A stretch of 32,000 bases of DNA from Oleispira antarctica RB-8 (GTDB lineage Bacteria > Pseudomonadota > Gammaproteobacteria > Pseudomonadales > Oceanobacteraceae), in assembly GCA_000967895.1 (NCBI GenBank), contig FO203512.1, positions 1,293,350 through 1,325,349 of the forward strand, read 5' to 3'. The position numbers were made by a program, and so were the translations under genes. The notes beneath the pieces were generated by a model. It was given only the letters and a program-made list of their open reading frames with translations, searched no databases and was not told the DNA's origin. Position 1 is the first letter of the stretch. Every line of letters begins with the position of its first letter. This document shows, piece after piece, positions 15,936 to 25,146 of this stretch.

Positions 15936-16538
15936 ATGGTTAATCGTGCGGATATCAACTCTGTTTTATTACAGATGCGTCAAGTACGTCAGCAAATGCA
16001 AACCACTGATCCAGCGTCGACTGTTGGCATGCAAAATACGATACAAAATCAGTTGCAAAGCCCCAATCAAAATTCTGCCGTCGGGGCACCACAAAACAGT
16101 TTTGCGGCGCAATTACAGCAGCAAAGAAGTCAGCTTGATCCTGCTGCTATGACTTCTCCTTCACCGTCTAATATGATGGCTTCGAACGTTAATCCTTCTA
16201 CCATGACCCCGTCGCAGTTTCGCAATGAATTAACTCAGCAAGATTTGATGAATCAAACTGCTGCGTTAGATACTCGTCCGGGCAATCAGATGAACTTTTC
16301 GTCGTCTGCTGCGAATCCTAGTATCGGCGAAATGATGGGCAATGCGATTAACCAAGTTAACGCTACTCAAAAACACGCGGGTAGCATGAGTACGCGTTAT
16401 ACCCAGGGTGATCCAAATATCGACTTACCCGAAGTGATGGTGGCGATGCAAAAATCCAGTGTTTCTTTTCAAGCAATGTCGCAGGTACGCAATAAGTTAT
16501 TAGAAGCGTATAAAGACATTATGAACATGCCAGTATAG
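15936..16538 (+). CDS. fliE: Flagellar rod adaptor FliE, about twice the normal length (200 aa from ATG 15936; the ORF opens at GTG 15927)
   Basis: The C terminus GDPNIDLPEVMVAMQKSSVSFQAMSQVRNKLLEAYKDIMNMPV and SIGEMMGNAINQVNATQK are canonical FliE. ATG 15936 is about 8 nt from the RBS GAGGTGG. A Q/N/S/P/M-rich segment of about 105 aa lies between the N-terminal helix and the conserved core. Confidence 0.9.
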   Translation: MVNRADINSVLLQMRQVRQQMQTTDPASTVGMQNTIQNQLQSPNQNSAVGAPQNSFAAQLQQQRSQLDPAAMTSPSPSNMMASNVNPSTMTPSQFRNELTQQDLMNQTAALDTRPGNQMNFSSSAANPSIGEMMGNAINQVNATQKHAGSMSTRYTQGDPNIDLPEVMVAMQKSSVSFQAMSQVRNKLLEAYKDIMNMPV

Positions 16539-16552
16539 TGGGGCGTTCTTAA

Positions 16553-18268
16553 ATGGATAATGCAGTCGCTAACCCAGCTCAAAATCAAGCCGCCGATGAT
16601 ACGTCTTCCGAGTTGACGACGAACGAAGCGCTGGCTGATTCAGAATCAAATATGCATCCGGTTGTTGCCGGTTTTAATAAACTATCCATTGTGCGCCAAG
16701 CGGCCATGCTGGGTGGCTTTGCTTTGGTGATCGCGTTAACCATCGCTATTTTTATTTGGTCGCAAGAGCCTAATTACAAACCGCTAATTAATCGTATGCA
16801 AGATTATAACGCGCAAGAAATTGTTGAAGTTTTGCAGCGAGAAGGGTTTGAATTTGAAATCGATCCTACGTCACAAGTACTTCTGGTACGTGCTGATGAG
16901 TTGCACGATGCGCGCTTAAAGTTGGCGGCCGCGAGTTTGATCGACGACAAAACCGTTGGCCTTGAGTTGTTGGATAATGAATCCAATTTAGGCACCAGTC
17001 ATTTTATTGAAACCGCCCGTTACCGTCGTGGTTTAGAAGGCGAATTAGCCAGAACGATTGCCAGTATTCAAGCCGTTCGTAATGCCCGAGTTCATCTTGC
17101 CATTCCTAAGCAATCTGTTTTTGTGCGTGATCATCGACAGCCAAGAGCGTCTGTTTTTCTTGAGCTTTATGCCGGTGCGGCTTTGCATAAAGATCAGGTT
17201 GAAGCGATTGTTAATCTCGTATCTTCTTCGATTAGTGAAATGGATAAAGGCTCTGTTTCTGTGGTTGATCAGAAAGGGAATTTGCTGTCAAAAATAGAAC
17301 ATGATAGCCAAGAATTATTAGCGACGAAGCAATTGCAGTATACCGAACGCGTGGAAGACTCTATTAGTTCTCGGGTGAACAGCATATTAAAACCTGTGTT
17401 AGGCATCGAAAATTATAAAGCAGAAGTATCGGCAGATATTGATTTTACGGTGGTGGAGCAATCGGAAGAAACCTTTAATCCCGATTTAATTGCCGTGCGC
17501 AGTGAGCAATTAATAAATGAGCAAACAGTGAGTGGTGCTGAAGGTGGTATACCGGGCGCGCTGACTAATCAGCCTCCGGGTCAGGCTGAAGCGCCTGAGC
17601 AAATTGATCCAGCGACGGGGCAGCCTATTACGCCTATGGATAAACGCAGTGAAACAACGCGTAATTATGAAGTCGATCGCACGTTAAGTTATAAACAGCA
17701 GCAAGTGGGGCGTATTAATCGTTTAACGGTTGCGGTTGTGATTAATGATAAGCAATCTTTAAATGCCGAAACCGGAGACATGCAATTTGTACCTTGGGCG
17801 GAAGAAGATTTAGCGCGTTTAGAAATATTAGTGAAAGATGCTGTTGGCTTTAGTGCCGCGCGGGGTGATAGTGTTAATGTCATTAATTCGCCTTTCATGG
17901 GTAAGGGTGAAATTGAATTAGGCAGCCCAGAATTTTGGACTCAGCCTTGGTTCTGGGAAATTATGAAGCAGGTATTGGCAGGATTATTCTTACTGGTGCT
18001 GATTTTCGGTGTAATTCGTCCTACGATTCATAGTATTGCCAATAAAGGCCGTAGTGATGAAGACGGTATGGGCTTAGATGAGTTGGCCGATGCCGACGAT
18101 GAATTTGACGAAGATAAGGTCACTTTGTCTGGGGCTGATAACTTTTTATTACCGGGGGCGTCAGAAAGTTTTGAGCGCCAACTGGATGCCCTTAAAGGTC
18201 TTATCGCTGAAGATCCTGCGCGGGTAGCGCAAGTGGTTATTCAATGGATTAATGCTAGTGATGATTAA
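16553..18268 (+). CDS. fliF: Flagellar MS-ring protein FliF
   Basis: 571 aa. N-terminal transmembrane segment (LGGFALVIALTIAIFIW), then the YscJ/FliF core (LEGELARTIASIQAVRNARVHLAIPKQSVFVRD). C-terminal transmembrane segment (VLAGLFLLVLIFGVI) and an acidic FliG-binding tail. Confidence 0.95.
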   Translation: MDNAVANPAQNQAADDTSSELTTNEALADSESNMHPVVAGFNKLSIVRQAAMLGGFALVIALTIAIFIWSQEPNYKPLINRMQDYNAQEIVEVLQREGFEFEIDPTSQVLLVRADELHDARLKLAAASLIDDKTVGLELLDNESNLGTSHFIETARYRRGLEGELARTIASIQAVRNARVHLAIPKQSVFVRDHRQPRASVFLELYAGAALHKDQVEAIVNLVSSSISEMDKGSVSVVDQKGNLLSKIEHDSQELLATKQLQYTERVEDSISSRVNSILKPVLGIENYKAEVSADIDFTVVEQSEETFNPDLIAVRSEQLINEQTVSGAEGGIPGALTNQPPGQAEAPEQIDPATGQPITPMDKRSETTRNYEVDRTLSYKQQQVGRINRLTVAVVINDKQSLNAETGDMQFVPWAEEDLARLEILVKDAVGFSAARGDSVNVINSPFMGKGEIELGSPEFWTQPWFWEIMKQVLAGLFLLVLIFGVIRPTIHSIANKGRSDEDGMGLDELADADDEFDEDKVTLSGADNFLLPGASESFERQLDALKGLIAEDPARVAQVVIQWINASDD

Positions 18269-18291
18269 CGTGCATAAGGTAACGCATTAAC

Positions 18292-19332
18292 ATGGCTGAA
18301 AATACAATGCCTTCAGAGGCAAATCAGAAAGAATTATTAGCAAACCTTTCACGGGTTGAGCGTGCAGCCATTTTATTGATGAGCTTGGGCGAAAAAGATG
18401 CGGCTGAAATTCTAAAGCACATGGGGCCAAAGGAAGTTCAGCGCGTTGGCACGTCTATGGCAACCTTGCACGATGTTCGTCAAGAGCAAGTGGAAGGTGT
18501 GGTGCTTGAGTTTTTGCAGGCGGTGAGTGGTCAAACGGGTATGGGCTTAGGTTCGGATGATTATATTCGTAATATGCTGCAGCAAGCCTTGGGCGATGAT
18601 AAAGCGGGTGCATTGATTGACCGTATTTTATTGGGTGGCAGTACCACGGGCTTGGATTCATTGAAGTGGATGGAGTCGCGCCAGGTTGCTGATTTAATTC
18701 GCCATGAGCATCCGCAGATTCAAGCGATTGTTATTTCTTATTTAGACCCTGATCAATCGGCAGAGATTTTGTCGAATTTTGATGAGAAGGTGCGTCTCGA
18801 TATTATTATGCGTGTTGCGTCATTAGAAGCGGTTCAGCCAGCGGCATTGCAAGAATTGAATGACATTCTTGAGCGTCAATTCTCAGGCAAAGCCGGTACG
18901 CAAACTCAGACCATGGGTGGCGTTAAGGTGGCAGCCAGCATTGTTAACTTGGTTGATAGCACCATTGCCAATGATCTGCTTGAGCAGATTAAAGAAACGG
19001 ATGAAGACATGGGGACTAAGATTCAAGACCTTATGTTTGTTTTCGACAATCTTGTGGATGTGGACGATCGTGGTATTCAGGCACTGATGCGTGAAGTTTC
19101 AACTGACATATTGGTGGTTGCGCTGAAAGGCGCCGATACGGCGGTGCAGGAGAAAATATTCAAAAACATGTCGAAGCGTGCGGCTGAATTATTACGCGAT
19201 GATTTAGAAGCGAAAGGCCCAATGAAGGTAAGCGAAGTTGAAAACGCGCAAAAAGAAATTCTTCTTATTGCACGTCGTTTGGCGGATGCGGGTGAAATTA
19301 TGCTTGGTGGTGGTGGTGAGGCTATGGTGTAA
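18292..19332 (+). CDS. fliG: Flagellar motor switch protein FliG
   Basis: RVERAAILLMSLGEKDAAEILKHMGPKEVQRV... and ...MSKRAAELLRDDLEAKGPMKVSEVENAQKEILLIARRLADAGEI are FliG N- and C-domain signatures. Confidence 0.96.
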   Translation: MAENTMPSEANQKELLANLSRVERAAILLMSLGEKDAAEILKHMGPKEVQRVGTSMATLHDVRQEQVEGVVLEFLQAVSGQTGMGLGSDDYIRNMLQQALGDDKAGALIDRILLGGSTTGLDSLKWMESRQVADLIRHEHPQIQAIVISYLDPDQSAEILSNFDEKVRLDIIMRVASLEAVQPAALQELNDILERQFSGKAGTQTQTMGGVKVAASIVNLVDSTIANDLLEQIKETDEDMGTKIQDLMFVFDNLVDVDDRGIQALMREVSTDILVVALKGADTAVQEKIFKNMSKRAAELLRDDLEAKGPMKVSEVENAQKEILLIARRLADAGEIMLGGGGEAMV

Positions 19333-19338
19333 ACCATT

Positions 19339-20391
19339 GTGACGGCTATGACGACGACTACGGTGAATACGATGAAAGAAGATGAGGATGATGAGTTTGA
19401 GGCAAGCAGTGAAGATATTGAGATAAAACCGTGGGATTTGCCTTATTGGCATGGTGGGCCAAAAGGTACAAAAAAAGAAGTTGTCGATGAGACGGTGGCT
19501 GATGAAGAGGTTGATGTTGTTGAGCCGCTTACGGTTGAAGAGCTGGAAGCTATTCGCAGTGAAGGCTACGAAGAAGGTTTTTTGCAAGGCTTAAACGAAG
19601 GTCGAGACAAGGGTGAAAAAGAGGGCTTGGCGACGGGTAAAGTCGAGGGTCATAAAGAAGGCGTGAAAGAGGGTACGCAAGAAGGTAATCGAATTGGTTT
19701 TGAAGCTGGGCAGGCGGAAGGTCTTACGTCGGGTAAAGAAGAAATAAGCGAAGCGGCGAGTAACTTGGCAAAATTAAGCCAGCAGTTAGAGCAAAGTCTG
19801 GTTGAAAAAGACAGTGCATTGCCTAAAGTTTTGAGCCAGTTAATTAGAACGGCGTGCGAAACGATTATTGAGCGTGAGTTAGCGCAAGGCGATGATCATA
19901 TTACTAAGAAAGTATTGTCGGCGCTTGATCAGCTTCCTAATGGTGCTGAAAATATTAAAATTTATGTTAGTCCCGCAGATTCGGTGCATTTAGAGCATGG
20001 CTTAAGTCATTCTGGTCGTGAAATGCATTTTACGGTGGATGACGTTTTAGATGCAGGCAGTGCTCGAATTACCACGACGCAATCGTTAATTGAATTTAGC
20101 CTGCGTGAACGAATGGACGCTGTATTTGAGCTGATCGATCAGGAGTGTGAAAAACTTGATCTATCGGATATTGACGGTGAGCCGTTAGCTACGGAAGAAC
20201 CTGTTATTGAAGAAGAACCTGTTGTCGAAGAAGAGCCTGTCATCGAAGAAGAGCCTGTCATCGAAGAAGAGCCTGTCATCGAAGAAGAACCTGTCATCGA
20301 AGAAGAACCTGTTGTCGAAGAAGAACCTGTCATCGAAGAAGAACCTATAGCAGCCGATAACGATGTGACTGAAGAAGATGACTTGCCATGA
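19339..20391 (+). CDS. fliH: Flagellar export ATPase regulator FliH with an acidic tandem-repeat C-terminal tail (start uncertain: GTG 19339, ATG 19348 or ATG 19372)
   Basis: Glycine/alanine-repeat helix [58 protein letters not shown], then a FliH core (..[14 protein letters not shown]..). The stop overlaps the fliI start (ATGA). The gene sits between fliG and fliI. Confidence 0.9.
   Translation: MTAMTTTTVNTMKEDEDDEFEASSEDIEIKPWDLPYWHGGPKGTKKEVVDETVADEEVDVVEPLTVEELEAIRSEGYEEGFLQGLNEGRDKGEKEGLATGKVEGHKEGVKEGTQEGNRIGFEAGQAEGLTSGKEEISEAASNLAKLSQQLEQSLVEKDSALPKVLSQLIRTACETIIERELAQGDDHITKKVLSALDQLPNGAENIKIYVSPADSVHLEHGLSHSGREMHFTVDDVLDAGSARITTTQSLIEFSLRERMDAVFELIDQECEKLDLSDIDGEPLATEEPVIEEEPVVEEEPVIEEEPVIEEEPVIEEEPVIEEEPVVEEEPVIEEEPIAADNDVTEEDDLP
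20194..20346 (+). repeat. 18-bp in-frame tandem repeat, about 8.5 copies, encoding (EEEPV[I/V])n
   Basis: The unit GAAGAAGARCCTGTYRTY is repeated head to tail. Copies differ only at a few mostly synonymous positions (GAA/GAG, GTT/GTC, ATT/ATC), plus Ile/Val. Confidence 0.95.
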
Positions 20392-21737
20392 GTTTGAGCG
20401 ATCAAATTAGTAATATCAGTCTTGAAAAATTATCACTGCAAAAAAAAGCCAGCGGACGCTTAATCCGTATGGTGGGATTAACTCTAGAGGCTGAAGGCCT
20501 TGTTGTAAAAATTGGCGATCGTTGCATGGTTGAACGTCGTGATGATACCGATATTGAAGCCGAAGTGGTTGGCTTTGATGGCAGTCGTATATTTCTTATG
20601 CCGATTGAACAAGTTGATGGCTTGCAGGCTGGGACTAAAGTTAGCCCCCTGTCGGGCTCTAACGGCGTGCCAGTCGGCTTTCAATTGCTGGGTCGTGTAC
20701 TTGATGGTATTGGCCGACCTTTAGACGGTAAAGGCCCACTGCATGCCGAAGAAGGTTCATTGCAAGGCGAGCAGATTAATCCATTGCATCGAGATCCTAT
20801 TCGCACCACCTTAGATGTGGGCATACGTTCTATTAATGCGCTGATGACTGTGGGTCGTGGTCAGCGTTTAGGGCTATTTGCAGGCAGTGGCGTGGGTAAA
20901 AGTATGCTGCTGGGTATGATGACACGTTTTACCGAAGCGGATATTACTGTGGTAGGTTTAATTGGTGAGCGTGGCCGAGAAGTAAAAGAATTTATTGATG
21001 AAATTTTAGGTGAAGAAGGCATGGCGCGTTCGGTGGTGATTGCTTCTCCAGCTGACGATTCTCCCTTGATGCGTCTACGTGCTGCGATGTATTGCACATC
21101 GGTAGCCGAGTACTACCGTAAGCAAGGTAAAAACGTATTACTGCTTATGGATTCTTTAACCCGTTATGCCCAAGCCCAGCGAGAAATTGCATTGGCGGTT
21201 GGCGAACCTCCTGCAACCAAGGGTTATCCACCTTCGGTATTTACCAAAATTCCTAAGTTAGTAGAGCGCGCGGGTAATGGTGAAGCAGGTGGTGGTTCGA
21301 TCACCGCGTTTTATACGGTGTTAAGTGAAGGTGATGATTTACAAGATCCGGTGGCCGATGCCAGTCGTGCTATTTTGGATGGCCACATTGTATTATCGCG
21401 AAAATTAGCCGATGAAGGACATTACCCTGCGATTGATATTGAAGCGTCGATCAGTCGTGCGATGCCGCAAATAGTATCAAAAGATTGGCTACGTAAAGCT
21501 CAAATGCTGCGTCAGTTGTATGCACACTACCAAGAGAATAAAGATTTAGTGAGTGTGGGGGCATATCAAGCAGGGACCGACCCTACGCTGGATTTGGCGT
21601 TGAATCGAATGCCCATGATTCAAAGCTTCTTGCAACAGGAATTAACTGAGTGCGTTAAAATTGACGCCAGTCTTGAGCAGTTAAATGTCATTCTTCCTGA
21701 TGTGCCGCAGGCGGATGTGAGTGGGCAAACTGTATGA
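20388..21737 (+). CDS. fliI: Flagellum-specific type III export ATPase FliI
   Basis: Walker A GSGVGKS, Walker [10 protein letters not shown], and conserved ERAG...[21 protein letters not shown] overlaps with fliH (start) and fliJ (end). Confidence 0.97.
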   Translation: MSLSDQISNISLEKLSLQKKASGRLIRMVGLTLEAEGLVVKIGDRCMVERRDDTDIEAEVVGFDGSRIFLMPIEQVDGLQAGTKVSPLSGSNGVPVGFQLLGRVLDGIGRPLDGKGPLHAEEGSLQGEQINPLHRDPIRTTLDVGIRSINALMTVGRGQRLGLFAGSGVGKSMLLGMMTRFTEADITVVGLIGERGREVKEFIDEILGEEGMARSVVIASPADDSPLMRLRAAMYCTSVAEYYRKQGKNVLLLMDSLTRYAQAQREIALAVGEPPATKGYPPSVFTKIPKLVERAGNGEAGGGSITAFYTVLSEGDDLQDPVADASRAILDGHIVLSRKLADEGHYPAIDIEASISRAMPQIVSKDWLRKAQMLRQLYAHYQENKDLVSVGAYQAGTDPTLDLALNRMPMIQSFLQQELTECVKIDASLEQLNVILPDVPQADVSGQTV

Positions 21738-22183
21738 GTAAGCAACGAGTTAAGCGTTTAGGCTTTGTATTAAAAATGGCGGCTGATAAAGAACAGCAAG
21801 ATTTAAAGGTATGGGGTCAATATCAGCAGAAGCTAGAGCAGGAAGTTGGCACGCTCACCCAACTTGAGCAATATATGACGGAATACCGTAGCAGTTTAAC
21901 CAGTCAGCATGCCGCACCTATTCAAGGTGGACAGATACAAAATACCATTGCTTTTATTGAACAAATTAAAGAGGCAAGTGGTCATCAGCAGCAGCAAATC
22001 GATCTGGTTCAGCAACAAGCCGAGGGTGCTAAGCGCGTCTATTTGGCGGCGCGCGCAAAGGCTGAAGCCTTGCGTAAGCTGATTGAAAAATTAAATCTAC
22101 AAGCGTATGCACTGGAAGAAAAGCAAGATCAGAAAATGATGGATGAATTTGCTGCCCGCAGTGCTCGTAACCGTCAGTTATAG
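21734..22183 (+). CDS. fliJ: Flagellar export protein FliJ
   Basis: 149-aa coiled-coil protein ([45 protein letters not shown]...). It is translationally coupled to fliI in the conserved position. Confidence 0.85.
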   Translation: MSKQRVKRLGFVLKMAADKEQQDLKVWGQYQQKLEQEVGTLTQLEQYMTEYRSSLTSQHAAPIQGGQIQNTIAFIEQIKEASGHQQQQIDLVQQQAEGAKRVYLAARAKAEALRKLIEKLNLQAYALEEKQDQKMMDEFAARSARNRQL

Positions 22184-22305
22184 TTTTAGAACTCGTCTTT
22201 ATTAAATTCCTATATTCACAATCCTTTCTTTATATTCCAATCAACATTAGCAGCTTTCCAATTGCCGTCTATTCTTAAAGTAAATGAAAATAGGAATGGA
22301 ATGAC

Positions 22306-22599
22306 ATGTCTGAAGGGCATCAAGTTGAATGCGGTGAGCGAATGACCATCGAAAAGGTCGAGAGTTTGTATAGCCAGTTAGAATCAGCGTTGTTAGAGCA
22401 CGGTAAAATTGAGCTTATTGCTGATCGTGTTCAGCAGTGCGATACCGCGTCACTTCAGTTAATCGTAAACCTTCTTAAAGCATCAAAACAGCAAGGTCAT
22501 AGTGTGATATGGATTAAACCTTCGCAGGCTATTATCAATGTGGCTGAGCTGTTGGGCTTAATTGAACCGCTAGAGCTGACACAACATATTGTGCGGTAG
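22306..22599 (+). CDS. Small STAS-domain protein (97 aa), first gene of the chemosensory block
   Basis: IELIADRVQQCDTASLQLIVNLLKASKQQGHSVIWIKPSQAIINVAELLGLIEPLEL has the beta-alpha pattern of STAS / anti-sigma-antagonist-like (MlaB-like) proteins. It has D-T-A-S instead of the canonical DSSGLG. Confidence 0.7.
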   Translation: MSEGHQVECGERMTIEKVESLYSQLESALLEHGKIELIADRVQQCDTASLQLIVNLLKASKQQGHSVIWIKPSQAIINVAELLGLIEPLELTQHIVR

Positions 22600-22625
22600 C
22601 AATTTATTCAGAAGCAATTTATTCA
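22598..22625 (+). repeat. Direct repeat AGCAATTTATTCA x2 at a 15-bp period, between the STAS gene and cheY
   Basis: Identical 13-mers at 22598-22610 and 22613-22625. The first overlaps the STAS stop codon. Confidence 0.8.
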
Positions 22626-22646
22626 CAAGATTGAGGGAGTATGCCA

Positions 22647-23009
22647 ATGGCAACCATTTTGGCGGTAGACGATTCTGCATCAATGCGACAAATGGTCACG
22701 TTCACGTTAAAAGGTGCAGGCTATGATGTTCAGGAAGCTTGTGATGGCAGTGAAGCTTTAAACATCGCTAAAACGCAAAAATTTGATTTGGTCTTGTCGG
22801 ATGTGAATATGCCCGTTATGGATGGTATTCAATTGGTTACAGAGCTACGCACACTGCCTGAGTACAAGTTTGTGCCGATTCTTATGCTAACAACAGAGTC
22901 TTCTGGTGATACAAAAATGGCGGGTAAAAAAGCAGGTGCGACGGGCTGGATTGTTAAGCCATTTAATCCAGATCAGCTATTAAATACCATTAAGAAAGTA
23001 TTAGGTTAA
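22647..23009 (+). CDS. cheY: Chemotaxis response regulator CheY (the ORF also opens at ATG 22641)
   Basis: ILAVDDSASMRQMV...LVLSDVNMPVMDG...ILMLTTES...GATGWIVKPF is a single-domain CheY. ATG 22647 is 8 nt from the RBS GAGGGA; ATG 22641 is only 2 nt from it. Confidence 0.93.
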   Translation: MATILAVDDSASMRQMVTFTLKGAGYDVQEACDGSEALNIAKTQKFDLVLSDVNMPVMDGIQLVTELRTLPEYKFVPILMLTTESSGDTKMAGKKAGATGWIVKPFNPDQLLNTIKKVLG

Positions 23010-23014
23010 TTATT

Positions 23015-25135
23015 ATGAGTATTGATCTCTCGCAATTTCATCAGGTTTTCTTTGAAGAAAGTTTTGAAGGCTTGGATATTATGGAGTCCAGTTTATTAGC
23101 ACTGGATTTAGCGGACGTTGATGCTGAAACTATTAATACTATTTTTCGTGCGGCGCATTCAATTAAGGGAGGCGCGGGCACTTTTGGCTTTATGCAAATA
23201 TCCGGTTTTACTCATGTACTGGAAACATTATTAGATGAAATTCGAGGGGGGGCACGGGAAATAGAGCAGGAACATGTTGATATTTTTTTGCAATGCGTTG
23301 ATTGCTTGCGAGGCTTGATGAGTGATCTGCAAGCAGGCTCCGAGCCTGAGATGACTCAAGCTAATGAACTGAAAAGTAAGTTTGAGATTATTTTAGCCGG
23401 AGAGGCTGTCTGTGTTGATAGTGAGGCCGCGACCGGATCGGCGATAGAAAACCAAAGCTTTGATTCAGACCCAGCGTCAGGTTCTGACAGTCGTAAGAAA
23501 GGTTGGAAAATTGAGTTTATTCCCTGTGAAGATGTTTTATGCACCGGTAATGAACCTTATAGAATGTTTCGTGAGCTAAAGGATTTAGCCGAAGCGGAAG
23601 CGGGCAGTCTTGATGTTATTCCTCATTTAGAGGCATTACCTGAATTCTCTGGGATGCACCCAGAGATGTGCTATCTCTCTTGGACTGTATTTGTGCGTGC
23701 CGATGTAGAATTGGCTGACATTGAAGAAATATTTGAATGGGTTGTAGACGATTGCGAAATTCGCTATGAACGCCTTTCAGACACAGAAGTGGTTGAAGCA
23801 TCGGTTGCTGTTGAATCAAAAGTTGAAAACTCTGCCGTCGAAGAGTCAATCGCCGTTGAAGAAACGGTAGAAGAAACGATAGAAAAAACGGTGGCGATTG
23901 CAGAAGCACCATCCCCTAAAGCAGCCAATAAAACAGTAGAAAATACCTCTATACGCGTCTCCATAGATAAGATTGATGGCTTGATCAATATGGTGGGTGA
24001 GTTAGTTATAACTCAATCCATGCTCGGTCAGTTGGGCCAAGAATTTGATATGAGTCGAATCCAACGTTTACAAGAAGGCTTGTCGCAGCTTGAGCAAAAT
24101 ACTCGCGAGCTGCAAGAAAGTGTGATGAAAATTCGCATGCTGCCAATCAGTTTTGCGTTCAGTCGTTTTCCTCGCCTGGTTCATGACTTGAGTAAACAGC
24201 TTGAGAAAGAAGTTGAGCTGGTAATGATTGGCGAAAATACCGAGTTGGATAAAACGGTGATGGAGAAAATTGGCGATCCTCTGGTTCACCTTGTGCGCAA
24301 CTCCCTTGATCATGGCTTGGAGTGCCCACAACAACGGCTTGAAAATGGTAAGTCCAGTATCGGTACTATTACGCTAAACGCCTATCATCATGGTGGTTCT
24401 ATTGTTATTGAAGTGAAAGATGATGGTGCGGGTTTAAACAAAGATAGAATTCGCAATAAAGCGATTGAAAAAGGATTGATTGCTGAAGATGAACATCTGA
24501 CTGATGGTCAGATTTACGATCTTATTTTTCAGCCAGGATTTTCAACCGCCGATGTAGTGAGCGATGTCTCTGGCCGAGGTGTGGGAATGGATGTGGTGCG
24601 CCGAAATATTGCAGAGCTTAATGGCTCTATTGATGTTTCGTCAACCCCAGGAGAAGGCTCAGTTTTCTCAATTAGACTGCCACTTACGTTAGCAATTCTT
24701 GATGGTCAGTTGGTTAAAGTGGGCGAAGAAATCTATATTTTCCCCTTGGTCTCTATTGTGGAATCTATTCAGCTAGAAAAATCGATGTTGAATAATATTA
24801 CCGGTAATCAGTTTGTGATGCAGCTGCGTAATGATTTTGTTCCTATTGTTTGCTTGCAAGATATTTTTAATATTAAGGCAGAAAAGAAAGATCTTGAAGG
24901 CGCGATGCTGGTGGTTGTAGAGGGTGATAATGGCAAGGTAGGTATTGTCGTTGATGAACTGTTAGGCCAGCAACAAGTCGTGATTAAAAGCCTCGAGAAA
25001 AACTACCAAAAAGTCGATTCGATTTCCGGTGCCACAATTTTAGGGGATGGTACTGTTGCCTTAATTGTGGATATCTCGGGTTTAAATAATAAGTCGCCAG
25101 ATAAAAAATCTGACAATCAAACTCAAGCTGCTTAA
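23015..25135 (+). CDS. cheA: Chemotaxis histidine kinase CheA
   Basis: Hpt FRAAHSIKGGAGTFGF; dimerisation/H-box-like IRVSIDKIDGLINMVGELVI; HATPase DPLVHLVRNSLDHG, DDGAGLN, GRGVGMD; C-terminal CheW-like domain. Confidence 0.96.
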   Translation: MSIDLSQFHQVFFEESFEGLDIMESSLLALDLADVDAETINTIFRAAHSIKGGAGTFGFMQISGFTHVLETLLDEIRGGAREIEQEHVDIFLQCVDCLRGLMSDLQAGSEPEMTQANELKSKFEIILAGEAVCVDSEAATGSAIENQSFDSDPASGSDSRKKGWKIEFIPCEDVLCTGNEPYRMFRELKDLAEAEAGSLDVIPHLEALPEFSGMHPEMCYLSWTVFVRADVELADIEEIFEWVVDDCEIRYERLSDTEVVEASVAVESKVENSAVEESIAVEETVEETIEKTVAIAEAPSPKAANKTVENTSIRVSIDKIDGLINMVGELVITQSMLGQLGQEFDMSRIQRLQEGLSQLEQNTRELQESVMKIRMLPISFAFSRFPRLVHDLSKQLEKEVELVMIGENTELDKTVMEKIGDPLVHLVRNSLDHGLECPQQRLENGKSSIGTITLNAYHHGGSIVIEVKDDGAGLNKDRIRNKAIEKGLIAEDEHLTDGQIYDLIFQPGFSTADVVSDVSGRGVGMDVVRRNIAELNGSIDVSSTPGEGSVFSIRLPLTLAILDGQLVKVGEEIYIFPLVSIVESIQLEKSMLNNITGNQFVMQLRNDFVPIVCLQDIFNIKAEKKDLEGAMLVVVEGDNGKVGIVVDELLGQQQVVIKSLEKNYQKVDSISGATILGDGTVALIVDISGLNNKSPDKKSDNQTQAA

Positions 25136-25146
25136 GGGAGTAGTGC

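Noticed and set aside
20139-20405. 88-aa minus-strand ORF (SSS-MTG-SSS repeats); also the idea that the 18-bp array could be a CRISPR or minisatellite outside a gene
   Set aside because: The ORF is the antisense reading of the FliH EEEPVI repeat. The repeats are contiguous with no spacers and lie in frame within fliH, so this is a coding tandem repeat, not a CRISPR.
22264-22271. GCCGTCTA in the fliJ-STAS gap as a sigma-28 -10 box for the che operon
   Set aside because: The sequence 15 nt upstream is CATT, not TAAA, and the box matches the consensus at only 5/8. This is not enough to call a promoter.
23764-23912. V/E/A/S-rich stretch in CheA (..VEASVAVESKVENSAVEESIAVEETVEETIEKTVAIAE..) and the antisense ORFs over it
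   Set aside because: This looks like an ordinary flexible acidic linker between the N-terminal domains and the dimerisation domain. There is only weak periodicity and no DNA-level tandem repeat. The antisense ORFs are shadows.
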